Origin: a virus | Strand: one strand, 5' to 3' | IMG/VR virus record: IMGVR_UViG_2651869518_000004 | Coordinates: 1,266 to 65,265 of that record | DNA: 64,000 nucleotides | Part shown: positions 63,120 to 64,000 of the stretch, in pieces | Position numbering within the stretch: the stretch's first letter is position 1 | Layout: every line of letters starts with the position of its first letter | Notes under the pieces: generated by a model | The model's input: only the letters and a program-made list of their open reading frames with translations | What the model was told of the DNA's origin: nothing | Databases searched by the model: none | Program-made: the position numbers and the translations under genes

Positions 63120-64000
63120 TGTCTTTCTCCAGCGGAACGCTAAATGCCGATGAGCTAAATGCCTTTGAGCTGAACGGCCAAGTCACGCCCGCGACGGCAA
63201 CGGCCGCAGCAGCCGACGGCGCTGACATCTCCTCGGCTACGGCCACGTCGACCGTTGCCGCAGCATCGCCGGGCGCTGACGGGCAGGACGCTGCGGGCGG
63301 GTCCCTGGCTGCGCTGGTCAGCGCCGCGTCTTCGGCGGCCGACCGGGCAGACGTCGCATCTGCCTTGGTGGCGCCCATCGCCGGCGCGGCCAGCAGCGCC
63401 TCGGACGCGCAAGACGTAGCCACCTCGGCTCTTGCCACCTTGGTGGCTGCGGCATCTGCTTCTACCGACGGTAAGGACGCAAGCTCTGCCGCAGGCGACA
63501 GCCTTGTGGCGGGCGTTAGCGCAGGCGCCGATGGCCAAGACCTGAGCGCGGCAGTCGCGGCGCCGATGGTAGACGCAGCGGCCAGCCAGGTTGAGGGCCA
63601 AGACACCAGCCAGGCCTCTGGGTCGGTCACCACGACATCCAGCGCGAGTAGCGCGGCGCTTGAAGGCCCTGACCAAGGCTTGGTCACTGCCGTGGCCCTC
63701 GTCTCAGCGCTCAGCGCCGGCGCAGACGGACAAGACCTGAGCGCGGCAAGCACCACAATGCCCTTGGCTGCGGCCTCGGCGGCGGCCGACAACCAAGACC
63801 TGAGCGCCGCAGCAGCCTCGCCAACGACGCAAACGACCTCGGCCATGCCAGAGGGCCAGGATACGCCCAGCGCGGCGCTGGACCCTCTTTCCGCCGCCGC
63901 AGCGGCCACGGCTGACGGACAGGACATCTTTGTCGGCACCGGCACCGTGGCCACGATCTCCACGGCCAGTAGTGCAGCGTCGGATGGGGCCGACGCCACC
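63120..64000 (+). CDS. A/S/D-rich tandem-repeat protein (C-terminus beyond window)
   Basis: Plus-strand frame open from ATG 63120 to the window end; periodic (about 25 aa) repeats around A(G)ADGQDLSAA; co-oriented with the late operon. Confidence 0.35.

Noticed and set aside
63097-63999. 300-aa minus-strand ORF at the window end.
   Set aside because: It is the mirror of a plus-strand open frame with periodic ADGQDLSAA repeats that is co-oriented with the late operon; the plus-strand reading is preferred.
1-64000. tRNA, rRNA or CRISPR arrays, and attL/attR direct repeats at the window edges.
   Set aside because: No cloverleaf-like or repeat-spacer structures were noticed on reading. Without a search tool, direct repeats flanking the element could not be established.

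Overview
High-GC (about 65%) temperate-phage genome or prophage segment with three blocks. (1) 1-23.7 kb, plus strand: a late/virion operon with a putative scaffold, a Mu-gpT-like major capsid protein, structural proteins, a 750-aa tail fiber with a collar domain, a lysis cassette (holin-like, lambda-R-like endolysin, embedded i-/o-spanins), T7-like tail tubular A/B candidates and a run of large internal/ejection proteins. (2) 23.7-41.8 kb, minus strand: an early/lysogeny arm with DUF3293, small HTH, tyrosine integrase, excisionase, many small hypotheticals, two HNH nucleases, DUF2591, family-A DNA polymerase, an SPFH/band-7 membrane protein, DUF2815 SSB-like, DUF2800 nuclease, a split Pol-beta-type nucleotidyltransferase, DUF932, a Cys-rich lipoprotein moron and a CI-like repressor. 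(3) 41.9-64 kb, plus strand: Cro-like regulator, C5 cytosine methyltransferase with an HNH ORF embedded out of frame, primase-helicase followed by an iteron-type origin, VRR-NUC nuclease, SNF2-like helicase, DUF3310, terminase small and large subunits (low-GC mosaic patches), a GIY-YIG nuclease, a 744-aa virion protein with a zincin HExxH motif, a candidate portal with a long Q-rich C-terminus, a second tail-fiber paralog and a C-terminally truncated repeat protein. The integrase sits internally with phage genes on both sides, so this is either an unintegrated lambda-like circular map or two related prophages in tandem. No tRNA, rRNA or CRISPR array was seen. ORF start coordinates are from codon arithmetic on the supplied six-frame track; several track 'M' starts are actually TTG or GTG. 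All product names are from motif recognition by eye, with no database searches run.
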